Positions 6,071 through 14,243 of a DNA stretch of 24,584 nucleotides are shown piece after piece. Source of the DNA: an uncultured Coriobacteriaceae bacterium (GTDB lineage Bacteria; Actinomycetota; Coriobacteriia; Coriobacteriales; Atopobiaceae); contig CAYTTI010000001.1 of the NCBI GenBank assembly GCA_964440675.1, positions 1 to 24,584 of the forward strand. The letters are read 5' to 3'. Position 1 is the stretch's first letter. Each line of letters begins with the position of its first letter. The notes beneath the pieces were generated by a model. That model had not been told where the DNA came from. It did no database searches and saw only the letters and a list, made by a program, of their open reading frames with translations. The translations under genes and the position numbers were made by a program.

Positions 6071-9011
6071 CAGCAATGTAGTCTGTCAGCTCGCTGTGAT
6101 TAACGAGCGTGTGATGTGAGCTTTGCAGGGATGACAAAAACGCACGTCCGTATCCTTTGGTGATAAGGCGAGTGTCACACAATACCAATATACCGCTATC
6201 CTTTGCAGTGCGGATAAGCCTGCCAGCAGCCTGTTTTACCGACAACACAGCTTCTGGTAGTGAATAGTGCCACCACGCGCGCTCTTCTCGTACATCACGT
6301 TCACGTACAAGCGGATCCTGTGGATTAGAAAAAGGAAGCTTTGGAATAACTACACAGCGCAGGGTATCCCCACCCGCATCAAAACCCTCCCAGTATGAAC
6401 GTAGTGCAAAGAGTGAAAGGGATTTCTCGCGGATAAAACGTTCCTGTATATGGCGTGTAGAGCTTCTACGCTCCTGTATGGCTACTTCTAAACCTTGTTC
6501 TGAGAGACGTGGCTCAACTCGACTAAAGACCTGCTCCATCTCCCTACGGTTAGTAAAGAGGGTGAGCACTGAGCCTCCCATGGCAACATGTATGTCGTAT
6601 AGCACCTGTTCAAGCTCGTGCACATAACCTGCGCTGCGTGGATCACTTAGGTTTTTACAAACAACTACATCCATTTGTGTATCAAAATCGTAACTTGAGT
6701 CGAGTTGCACACTGTAGTGTTGTTCCGATGGCAGTCGATCAAGTCCAACTGAGTGATTGAAGTGGGAAAAGTTATGTCCCACCGCAAGCGTTGCTGAAGT
6801 AAATATGACGCTCATGAGCTCCGGCAGCCAACGCTCGGAGAGCTCGTAACCAATATCGATCTTCTCGGCACGTAAGGCCTCATGTTCGACTGTGTGTGAA
6901 AGGCGAGAAAGAGCTGCAGAATATACATAGCTCGTATCTTGGCCTTCGATGATGAGTTGTAGGGCATCTCGTACATTGCCCAATTGGCACGTGGCATCAC
7001 TAAGACTAAGCGTAGGGTCTGTAACGATCTCTTCGAGCGCTGCCTGCGCCTCTTGTAAGTTGGTATACGAGACATCTAGTTTTTCAAGTGCGAGCTTGCC
7101 TGCCTGTGAAACGCGTTGCCATGCGGGAGTCGCACGCAGCGCTTCACTGATCCACATAGTAAGCTTTTGGTAGTTGCTGTTGTAAGTGTCGAGCTCGGCA
7201 AGTCCTTGTACTTCGGCAAACAGGTCGGCACAGGCAAGCGAGGCGGCACGTAAACTCGAGGCTGCTTTGGTAAGCAAGCCAATAGTAAGGGTTGATCCTT
7301 CCTGTATTGCTGCCTGGGTTATAAGCGTGCTAATAGTACCGGTACGCGTGCCACCGAGTTTTTCAAAGAGCGCACGGCAGGTAGTAACAGATATTTCAAC
7401 TGCCCATTGCCGACGTGCTTCCACCTCAAAGGAGTGTGCCTCATCAATAACCCAGTGACGAATAGGCGGTAGTATATTTCCCTCGGCTTCTACATTATTA
7501 AGCAGTAGTGAGTGGTTAGTAACTACGAGGTCAGCAGAAGCAGCTCGTCGACGTGCGCCGTGTACCATGCACCCCTCTGAGAAAAAGGGACAGTGAGCAC
7601 GCTCACACTCTTGTGAGTTACAGCTCAGCATTGAGCGTGGTATTACCTTCCATCGGATGCCAAGCCCATCGAGATCCCCTGATGGACGTTGACAGGCCAT
7701 GGCGAGAACAACCGCCAATGCATTGAGCATATCCTGCTCGATAACTTCTTGAGGACGCCGCGTCTCTGCGACTTGGTCGAGGGGAAGTTCCTGTTCACAG
7801 GCCCGCATAACCCGACGTAGGCACGGGTAGTGCTCAAATCCTTTGAGGCTAAAGAACGTCACCCCACCAGGTATCACTTTACTGAGTGCGGGCAGTTCGT
7901 AGTTTACCAACTGATCTGTTAGCGCATTTGTCTTGGTTGCAACACCAACCGTAATGTTGTTCATCCGCGCCGCATGTACGAGAGGCAAAAGATACGCGAT
8001 TGACTTGCCTACGCCTGTTCCCGCTTCAACCACTAGATGGGTCGATGTGGCAAGGGCATCACACACCTGTTCACACATGCTTATTTGCTCTTGCCGACAC
8101 TCATAGCTTTCATACATCTTGGATACGGTAGATCCCACGCTGAACTCTTCTCGAATCTCAGCAGTTGTAGGCATGTTGAGCCCATCTGGAATCTCCTGAG
8201 CATCGAGACGTACCGATTGAGCATTCTTGCGAACCAATTCCTTGCGTATCTGGAGAAGATCAAAGCGTTGTGCACTGGGCGGATAAGTTCTTTGAATGTT
8301 GCTGAGGTAGGAAAAAATCGTCCGATATGTCCAGTCAACCTCTTCATGCATGTTGGCAAGCGTGATAAGCAAATCGTGAGGGAGAGCGCTCAGCCCGCAC
8401 AATATAACGCGCCACACACCACAAAGAGCTTCGACGTCATCGCTAGCCTGATGAGAAACCCCTGAGCAGTGAAAGGCCGAAGCAAGGTCTGCGAGTCGGT
8501 GTGATCTCAGACACGGCAGCGCGATGCGTGACAGCATGAGGGTATCTATCCAGTTATCCGATACGGTTGGAGCGGAGCGTACCGTTTCTACGAAATGTCG
8601 GTCAAATTCAGCATTGTGCGCTAACACAGGCATACCTTCAACAAAGGAGGCAAGTTCCGTTACTGCTTGTTTTGCACGCGGTGCCTCGGCAACATCATCA
8701 TTGCTAATACCGGTCAGCTTTTGAATTTCATGAGGGATAGCTTTGCGGGGGCGAACAAATGTGTGAAAGCGTTTTGAGATCGATGTACCGGATATGCGAG
8801 CTGCAGCAATTTCGATCAGCTCACTCGAGCGAAAAGAAAGTCCTGTTGTTTCTGTATCGAGAACTACAAAGCTTTCAGTGAGTAAACCGAAGTCTTGCTC
8901 TTGCGCCTCGGTAATAAAGCGCTGATATTGCTCTTGTATAGCTCGTGGCGTATCTGGTAGAAACAGGTCGTTCAGTTGTGCCTCCACTGCTAACGTGGTT
9001 TGCGCATTCAT
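6048..9011 (-). CDS. dinG: DEDDh 3'-5' exonuclease fused to a DinG/XPD-family helicase
   Basis: Exo I VVLDTETTGL, Exo II AHNAEFD, Exo III HQASDD; Walker A EAGTGVGKS; DEAH; Fe-S-type cysteines (HYPC ... CNSQECERAHCPFFSEGC); C-terminal YWEGFD, KLPF and QAAGRLIR. Confidence 0.92.
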   Translation of the reverse strand: MNAQTTLAVEAQLNDLFLPDTPRAIQEQYQRFITEAQEQDFGLLTESFVVLDTETTGLSFRSSELIEIAAARISGTSISKRFHTFVRPRKAIPHEIQKLTGISNDDVAEAPRAKQAVTELASFVEGMPVLAHNAEFDRHFVETVRSAPTVSDNWIDTLMLSRIALPCLRSHRLADLASAFHCSGVSHQASDDVEALCGVWRVILCGLSALPHDLLITLANMHEEVDWTYRTIFSYLSNIQRTYPPSAQRFDLLQIRKELVRKNAQSVRLDAQEIPDGLNMPTTAEIREEFSVGSTVSKMYESYECRQEQISMCEQVCDALATSTHLVVEAGTGVGKSIAYLLPLVHAARMNNITVGVATKTNALTDQLVNYELPALSKVIPGGVTFFSLKGFEHYPCLRRVMRACEQELPLDQVAETRRPQEVIEQDMLNALAVVLAMACQRPSGDLDGLGIRWKVIPRSMLSCNSQECERAHCPFFSEGCMVHGARRRAASADLVVTNHSLLLNNVEAEGNILPPIRHWVIDEAHSFEVEARRQWAVEISVTTCRALFEKLGGTRTGTISTLITQAAIQEGSTLTIGLLTKAASSLRAASLACADLFAEVQGLAELDTYNSNYQKLTMWISEALRATPAWQRVSQAGKLALEKLDVSYTNLQEAQAALEEIVTDPTLSLSDATCQLGNVRDALQLIIEGQDTSYVYSAALSRLSHTVEHEALRAEKIDIGYELSERWLPELMSVIFTSATLAVGHNFSHFNHSVGLDRLPSEQHYSVQLDSSYDFDTQMDVVVCKNLSDPRSAGYVHELEQVLYDIHVAMGGSVLTLFTNRREMEQVFSRVEPRLSEQGLEVAIQERRSSTRHIQERFIREKSLSLFALRSYWEGFDAGGDTLRCVVIPKLPFSNPQDPLVRERDVREERAWWHYSLPEAVLSVKQAAGRLIRTAKDSGILVLCDTRLITKGYGRAFLSSLQSSHHTLVNHSELTDYIAAWRIRHD

Positions 9012-9025
9012 GGTTTACTCAGGCA

Positions 9026-9982
9026 TTACTCGTCCTCAAACGCAAGCTCAACAAGCTTCTGGCAAAATTCCGGAAAGCTGATACCAGCATGACGCGCTGC
9101 ATCAGGCATGAGTGATGTTTCTGTCATCCCTGGAATCGTATTTGTTTCTAAGATGATGGGTGTTCGATCCTCACGGATTATGAAATCTGTGCGCGAAGCA
9201 CCGCGACAACCCAATGCCTTATGCGCCTGTACCGCAAGATCCTGTACCTCAGTGTATGTTTCCGGTTGCAAACGTGCCGGTATTATGTGGTGAAGCTCGG
9301 CTGGCTCGTACTTTGCTTTCAAATCGTAAAAACCATCATCGTTGACAATTTCTATTACGGGAAGCGCCTGTGCTTTTGTGTTTCCGAGAACTGTTACAGT
9401 TACCTCGATCCCTTCTACAGCTGCCTCAATAAGAGCTGATGTTCCATTGCGCGTTGCCAACTCAATTGCATCCTTCATGTGATCTTCGCGGGTAACCTTT
9501 GTTACTCCGTAGCTTGACCCATTAGTTGTTGGTTTCACAAAGAGCGGGAGACCAAGATTTGTGCATATTTCGTGAATATCATCAGCCGTTATGGGTTGAC
9601 CAGGTTGTACAGTGACATCTGGTGCCGTGGGAATGCCGTTGTTTCTGTATACGCTTTTAGCGAGTGCCTTGTCGCAAGCAACGGATGAAGCAGCAACGCC
9701 GGAGAAGGTATATGGTATGTGGAGGATCTCTAATAGGCCTTGAATACAGCCATCCTCTCCGTATGGGCCATGAAGCGCAATGAACGCTACATCAAACTTA
9801 CCTCTAATCAACTCATCAATAAATTCTGGAGATGCAATGTCGAACTCTTTAACTGCGTTAAAACCTGCCTTTTGCAATGCAGTTATACAGTGCTGCGCCG
9901 AGGTAATGGCTATTTCTCTTTCGTCGGACCAACCACCGGTAAGTACAGCAATGCGCTGTGATGTAATATCGGTGCGTGACAT
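9026..9982 (-). CDS. ddl: D-alanine--D-alanine ligase
   Basis: AAGGAG RBS before ATG 9982; GGWSDERE, ALHGPYGEDGCIQGLLE, GSSYG, FYDLKAKY and ETNTIPGMT motifs. Confidence 0.95.
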   Translation of the reverse strand: MSRTDITSQRIAVLTGGWSDEREIAITSAQHCITALQKAGFNAVKEFDIASPEFIDELIRGKFDVAFIALHGPYGEDGCIQGLLEILHIPYTFSGVAASSVACDKALAKSVYRNNGIPTAPDVTVQPGQPITADDIHEICTNLGLPLFVKPTTNGSSYGVTKVTREDHMKDAIELATRNGTSALIEAAVEGIEVTVTVLGNTKAQALPVIEIVNDDGFYDLKAKYEPAELHHIIPARLQPETYTEVQDLAVQAHKALGCRGASRTDFIIREDRTPIILETNTIPGMTETSLMPDAARHAGISFPEFCQKLVELAFEDE

Positions 9983-10084
9983 TTTTGCTCCTTTAGACAA
10001 GGCTCTACAGTAAACTCAAAGAAGCTTGGTAATAAGGATAGCTCTTTTGCATTGAGATACTGTTACAGAACGCATGGTGAAATC

Positions 10085-11134
10085 ATGACTGATATCAAAC
10101 AGGATATTTCCTTGAAGCAGGATATTCGCTCGCTCTCTCATGCTCAGCTTACCAATGTACTCGGCGCGCTCAACCAACCTTCTTTTCGAGCACAGCAAAT
10201 TAAGGAGTGGATTTGGAAACTCGGTGCCACCTCCTTCGACGATATGACGAATATTCCTAAGGCTCTGAGAATTCAGCTTGCTACTCAATATGTCGTGGGG
10301 GGAGCCACAGAGATTGCTCGACAAATCTCTTTAGATGGTAGTAGAAAGTACCTTCTTCGCTACCTTGACGGCACAACCATTGAGTGTGTTGGTATACCGA
10401 CAGATAACCGCTTAAGCGTATGCGTTTCAACGCAGGCAGGCTGTGCTATGAGGTGTGCATTTTGCGCGACAGGCACACAGGGACTGAATCGATCGCTTTC
10501 GGCGGAAGAGATCTTTGCTCAAGTGGTTCACGTACAAGCCGACTTTGACACCCGCGCTACAAGTGTTGTTTGTATGGGTGAGGGTGAACCCTTTGCTAAC
10601 TACGATGAAGTTATCAAGGCTCTACGCTTGTTCAACAATCCGGACTTTCTAAATATTGGGGCGCGGCACCTTACGGTTTCTACCTGTGGTGTTATTCCAA
10701 TGATTGCAAAGTTTAGCCATGAGCCGGAGCAGTTTACCTTGGCAGTATCACTACATTCTGCTGTTCAACATACTCGTAATATTCTTATGCCTGGTGTTAA
10801 GCGCTGGTCGCTCACACATTTACATGACATAGTGAATACGTACTCACAGGCCACAGGACGCCGTCCCTCGTATGAGTACGCTTTGATTTCTGGTGTTAAC
10901 GATACCGATAGTGAATTAGATGCGCTCGTTGCTTTTTGCCGCGATACCCTGTGTCATGTAAATCTTATTCTCCTCAATGAAGTTTCTGGTTCTCCTCTGA
11001 CACCATCTTCTCCCGCACGTGCCTATGCCTTTGTCCGTGCTTTAAGAAAAGTAGGAGTTAAGGCAACCATGAGGCTTTCTCGTGGAGCTGACATTGATGC
11101 TTCCTGTGGACAGCTTAAGCATCAGATCCAATAG
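10085..11134 (+). CDS. rlmN: 23S rRNA m2A2503 / tRNA radical-SAM methyltransferase
   Basis: GGTGA RBS before ATG 10085; STQAGCAMRCAFCATG (CxxxCxxC), MGEGEP, SLH, YEY and DIDASCGQL motifs. Confidence 0.93.
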   Translation: MTDIKQDISLKQDIRSLSHAQLTNVLGALNQPSFRAQQIKEWIWKLGATSFDDMTNIPKALRIQLATQYVVGGATEIARQISLDGSRKYLLRYLDGTTIECVGIPTDNRLSVCVSTQAGCAMRCAFCATGTQGLNRSLSAEEIFAQVVHVQADFDTRATSVVCMGEGEPFANYDEVIKALRLFNNPDFLNIGARHLTVSTCGVIPMIAKFSHEPEQFTLAVSLHSAVQHTRNILMPGVKRWSLTHLHDIVNTYSQATGRRPSYEYALISGVNDTDSELDALVAFCRDTLCHVNLILLNEVSGSPLTPSSPARAYAFVRALRKVGVKATMRLSRGADIDASCGQLKHQIQ

Positions 11135-11153
11135 CTTAAGCATCAGGTTTAAT
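11112..11153 (+). repeat. 21-bp tandem duplication of the rlmN 3' end
   Basis: agcttaagcatcagatccaat / agcttaagcatcaggtttaat; 3 differences, all transitions. Confidence 0.9.
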
Positions 11154-11156
11154 AGC

Positions 11157-11411
11157 CTATTTCTTGATTTTCTTCCATTGCTCTCTTGTGCGCATTTGAT
11201 TAGCTGCAATCTCGTTTCGTTGCTGGTCCCGCGCTCGTTTTAATCCATTAAGGGATAATTCATTTGCAGCAGAACTCATGCTTTCGCCGAGCTTTAACCT
11301 CGCAGACTCGAGCGCACGTATGGCCTCATCATTTAGTACGTATTTGTAGACTAGATACGCAATGAGACTAAGAATGAGCAAATTCGCAACGGATTGTTTC
11401 ACTTTACGCAT
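11157..11411 (-). CDS. Small (84 aa) single-pass membrane protein of unknown function, translationally coupled to parB
   Basis: ATG 11411 overlaps the parB stop (ATGCGTAA) with GAGG upstream. Basic N-terminus, hydrophobic LLILSLIAYLVYKYVL, helical polar tail ending WKKIKK. It fills the gap between parB and rlmN. Confidence 0.7.
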   Translation of the reverse strand: MRKVKQSVANLLILSLIAYLVYKYVLNDEAIRALESARLKLGESMSSAANELSLNGLKRARDQQRNEIAANQMRTREQWKKIKK

Positions 11412-12282
11412 CAAGCGCCTCTTCCAGTGAACGATCCTCTATGATCCTCACAATCCGAGCGAGCTCATCTTCGTCTTCAAATTCAATTTCAATTTTGTTT
11501 TTACCTCGTACCGTTCTTACGCGCACCTGTGTTGTAAGTGATGTTTTGAGTATTTTAGCCGCTCGTTTATACGACTTTGGAGTGGGCATCCGCTTCGCTT
11601 GTATCCTTTGTTCGCCAGAATATAGTGGTGCGAGATTTTCTGTCTGTCGTACCGACAATTTATCCTCAATAACCTTATTGGCGAGCTGTATGCGACCTTC
11701 CGTCGTTGGTACGGCCAGTATCGCACGTGCATGTCCTGCTGTCAACTCACCGGAAGAGATGAGAAGCTGAACAGGCTGCGGTAAATCTAAGAGCCGCAGG
11801 GTATTTGTTATTGCTGATCGGGACTTTGATACTGCTTTGGCAACCTGTTCCTGTGTAAGCTTGTTCTGTTCGATCAGCTGTTTATATCCCTGAGCTTCCT
11901 CTATAGGGTCTAAATCTGAGCGCTGTAGATTCTCCACGAGTGCGAACTGTAAAACTTCTTCATCTGAGATTTCACGTATGATCACTGGAATTTCTGTTAG
12001 CTGGGCTAACTTCGCAGCTTGATAACGACGCTCGCCAGCAATTATCTCGTATGCATCGCCCTGTTTACGAACGAGAATCGGCTGCAGAATCCCATTTTGT
12101 TTAATTGAGTCGCTCAATTCAGCCAGTGAGTCCTGGTCAAAATTTTTTCGTGGCTGATTAGGGTTTGGTACGATTTCGTCAATCCTAAGGCTTGTATCTT
12201 TTGTACGAATTCCTACCTCGATGTTTGCCTCTCCCAGAAGTGAATTGAGCCCTTTCCCTAAACCTTTCTTTTGTTTAGCCAC
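11404..12282 (-). CDS. parB: Chromosome partition protein ParB/Spo0J
   Basis: KKGLGKGL N-terminal motif, PNPNQPRKNF, GILQPILVR, IIAGERRYQAA, ENLQRSDL, HTH with KSRSAITNTLRLL, and GHARAIL. Confidence 0.97.
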   Translation of the reverse strand: MAKQKKGLGKGLNSLLGEANIEVGIRTKDTSLRIDEIVPNPNQPRKNFDQDSLAELSDSIKQNGILQPILVRKQGDAYEIIAGERRYQAAKLAQLTEIPVIIREISDEEVLQFALVENLQRSDLDPIEEAQGYKQLIEQNKLTQEQVAKAVSKSRSAITNTLRLLDLPQPVQLLISSGELTAGHARAILAVPTTEGRIQLANKVIEDKLSVRQTENLAPLYSGEQRIQAKRMPTPKSYKRAAKILKTSLTTQVRVRTVRGKNKIEIEFEDEDELARIVRIIEDRSLEEALDA

Positions 12283-13075
12283 GACTAATCACTTCCTCTG
12301 CCAGATCTCGATACGCAATCGCACCACTATTGTTGTTAGCATATTCAGTTACGGGAAGTCCATAACTTGGTGCCTCTGACACTTTTACGCTGCGCGGAAT
12401 AATGGTTTCAAATACCTTTTCCTTAAAGAATCTGCGAACTTCTTCGGCAACCTCTTTTGAAAGTATTGTACGGCTGTCGAACATCGTAAGAAGGACACCG
12501 AATATATCTAGACCCTGATTAAGGCGTTGCTTTACCATTTGCATTGACTCAAGAAGTTTTGTAACACCCTCAAGTGCATAGTATTCACACTGAATTGGGA
12601 TGAGTAGGCTATTTGATGCTACAAGGGCGTTGATGGTAAGCAACCCCAATGATGGAGGGCAATCTATAAATACGTAGTCGAATTCATCTTTAATGATTTG
12701 AACCATATCTTTGAGACGCGTCTCTCTTGACATCGCATTCACAAGCTCGACTTCTGCACCCGCAAGTTGTATGGTTGCAGGAACTACATACACTCTATCA
12801 ACGGGAGTTCCTTGTATGAGCTCGCCCATATCAGTTTCTTCAAAGAGTGCGTTGTAAACACTTAGGGTAAGTATTTCTTTCTCAATTCCATATCCGCTAC
12901 TCGTATTGCCCTGTGGATCAAAGTCGACTACCAGGACTTTATAGCCTAAATCCCCCAAAGCAGCAGAGAGATTGATTGCAGTTGTTGACTTTCCTACGCC
13001 ACCTTTTTGATTAATAATTGAAATTACATGAGTTTCTTTATCCGGGTTGCTTCGTTTTATGTCTTGATATCCCAC
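12275..13075 (-). CDS. parA: Chromosome partition ATPase ParA/Soj
   Basis: NQKGGVGKSTT deviant Walker A, DFDPQGN, IDCPPSLGLL, PIQCEYYALEG, EAPSYG. GTG 13075 has AAGGAG 5 nt upstream; the track's ATG 13120 has no RBS. Confidence 0.96.
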   Translation of the reverse strand: MGYQDIKRSNPDKETHVISIINQKGGVGKSTTAINLSAALGDLGYKVLVVDFDPQGNTSSGYGIEKEILTLSVYNALFEETDMGELIQGTPVDRVYVVPATIQLAGAEVELVNAMSRETRLKDMVQIIKDEFDYVFIDCPPSLGLLTINALVASNSLLIPIQCEYYALEGVTKLLESMQMVKQRLNQGLDIFGVLLTMFDSRTILSKEVAEEVRRFFKEKVFETIIPRSVKVSEAPSYGLPVTEYANNNSGAIAYRDLAEEVISRG

Positions 13076-13146
13076 CGTTGCTCCTTGTAACTCCGCATTT
13101 TCTAGTAGCCATTGCTTCATTCTATATTGACTTACACATGATGAGA

Positions 13147-13162
13147 AGTTTCACGTGAAACA
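13147..13162. other. parS site (15/16 match) between rsmG and parA
   Basis: aGTTTCACGTGAAACA versus consensus TGTTTCACGTGAAACA. Confidence 0.9.
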
Positions 13163-13167
13163 TATAG

Positions 13168-13902
13168 CTAATTGTACTTATATAGGGGTCGCTTGATTGC
13201 TAATCCAGCTCTTCTCGGAAGTTTAACCTTTGGTTCACCGCTTTTTTTAATTTTCACTAGCCTACGAGTCCCATATTCATGAGGAAGCGTATATGTTTCA
13301 CGTGAAACATATTCCATACCACAAAGGTCAAGCGTAGTAGCAATGCGCCTATCCTCGTTCAGTTGCTGAGGCCCTTGCGATACGACAAGTATTCCATCAA
13401 CCGTGAGTAGTGGTGCAGCATACTCAATAAGAGTTTCGAGAGAAGCAACAGCACGCGCAGTTACGCAATTGAAGTAGTTTGAAGCCATAGTCGCATAGTC
13501 TTCAATTCGAGCGTGCACCGCACGTACATGTGAAGTAATTCCAAGTGCCTCAATTGTTCGAGACAGAAAGTCAGTTTTCTTTTGAACAGAGTCAACGAGT
13601 GTTACATCGCACATTGTATGTAGGGCAATAGGGATGCCAGGATATCCTCCCCCAGAGCCAATATCCAGGAGGCGTGTTGAAGGCGAACTAATACATGTCG
13701 AAAATAATAACGAATCAACAATATGTAGCACCAATGCATCCTCTACATCGGTAATGCGTGTGAGATTGTGAATCTTGTTTTCATTGAGAACTAGGTCAAG
13801 ATGCCTAAGTAATTGTTCTGCTATTTCAGAAGTTAGATCTATACCTACTTGTGTGGCATACACCTGTAGTGAATGTATCAAAGATACTGCTGATGAAACC
13901 AT
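13168..13902 (-). CDS. rsmG: 16S rRNA m7G527 methyltransferase
   Basis: NLTRI, HIVDSL, LDIGSGGGYPGIP, VDSVQKK, VTARAVA and PRRAG motifs; conserved position upstream of parA. Confidence 0.95.
   Translation of the reverse strand: MVSSAVSLIHSLQVYATQVGIDLTSEIAEQLLRHLDLVLNENKIHNLTRITDVEDALVLHIVDSLLFSTCISSPSTRLLDIGSGGGYPGIPIALHTMCDVTLVDSVQKKTDFLSRTIEALGITSHVRAVHARIEDYATMASNYFNCVTARAVASLETLIEYAAPLLTVDGILVVSQGPQQLNEDRRIATTLDLCGMEYVSRETYTLPHEYGTRRLVKIKKSGEPKVKLPRRAGLAIKRPLYKYN
13294..13309. other. Perfect parS site inside rsmG, within a 22-bp palindrome (13291-13312)
   Basis: ATATGTTTCACGTGAAACATAT, encoding YVSRETY. Confidence 0.95.
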
Positions 13903-14002
13903 GCTCTATACGTCCCATTTTTCTTCTGTGAAGCGCAAACGTGATATGCCAAGGATAAAGCAAAGCAGCGAGAAAAAACAAAGAGAAAGAAGCGAAATGC
14001 TA

Positions 14003-14076
14003 CTTGACAGAATAGAACTTGACAGATATGTGACAAAAATATGACAGGAAGGCGCGAATCATGCGTTTCTGTCAAG
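14003..14076 (-). promoter_or_regulatory. Array of TGTCA half-sites (Pho-box-like, 11-bp period) upstream of rsmG-parA-parB
   Basis: Minus strand CTGTCAT attt TTGTCAC atat CTGTCAA gttctatt CTGTCAA (14047-14004), plus an inverted copy tctgtcaag at 14068-14076. Confidence 0.6.
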
Positions 14077-14085
14077 AAAGGTTAC

Positions 14086-14111
14086 AAGTAAGAAGGCAGT
14101 AGTTTTACTGC
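14086..14111 (-). terminator. Weak possible intrinsic terminator downstream of jag
   Basis: gcagta-4 nt-tactgc stem (14096-14111) followed on the minus strand by cttcttactt. The stem is short and the U-tract imperfect. Confidence 0.3.
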
Positions 14112-14243
14112 TATTTGACACCCAGCACGCCAACAATCAGCAAAGCCACAGGGTGAAGAAGCGATGGTTTTACTGCTAGCTGACGCCTACATTTCAATTC
14201 AAGCAGCACGCGGCACTCAAGCAGCTCGCAGAACACGAAGGCA

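Noticed and set aside
9308-9331. Ddl as a D-Ala-D-Lac (vancomycin-resistance) ligase
   Set aside because: The omega loop ends KAKY (Tyr), typical of D-Ala-D-Ala ligases, and there are no van genes nearby.
14004-14047. Antisense + strand promoter from the TTGACA hexamers at 14004 and 14019
   Set aside because: No -10 element at 16-18 nt spacing; the 11-bp periodicity fits a regulator array better.
13878-14075. 65-aa leader ORF upstream of rsmG
   Set aside because: It overlaps the rsmG start, derives from a pyrimidine-rich tract, and has no RBS or recognisable motif.
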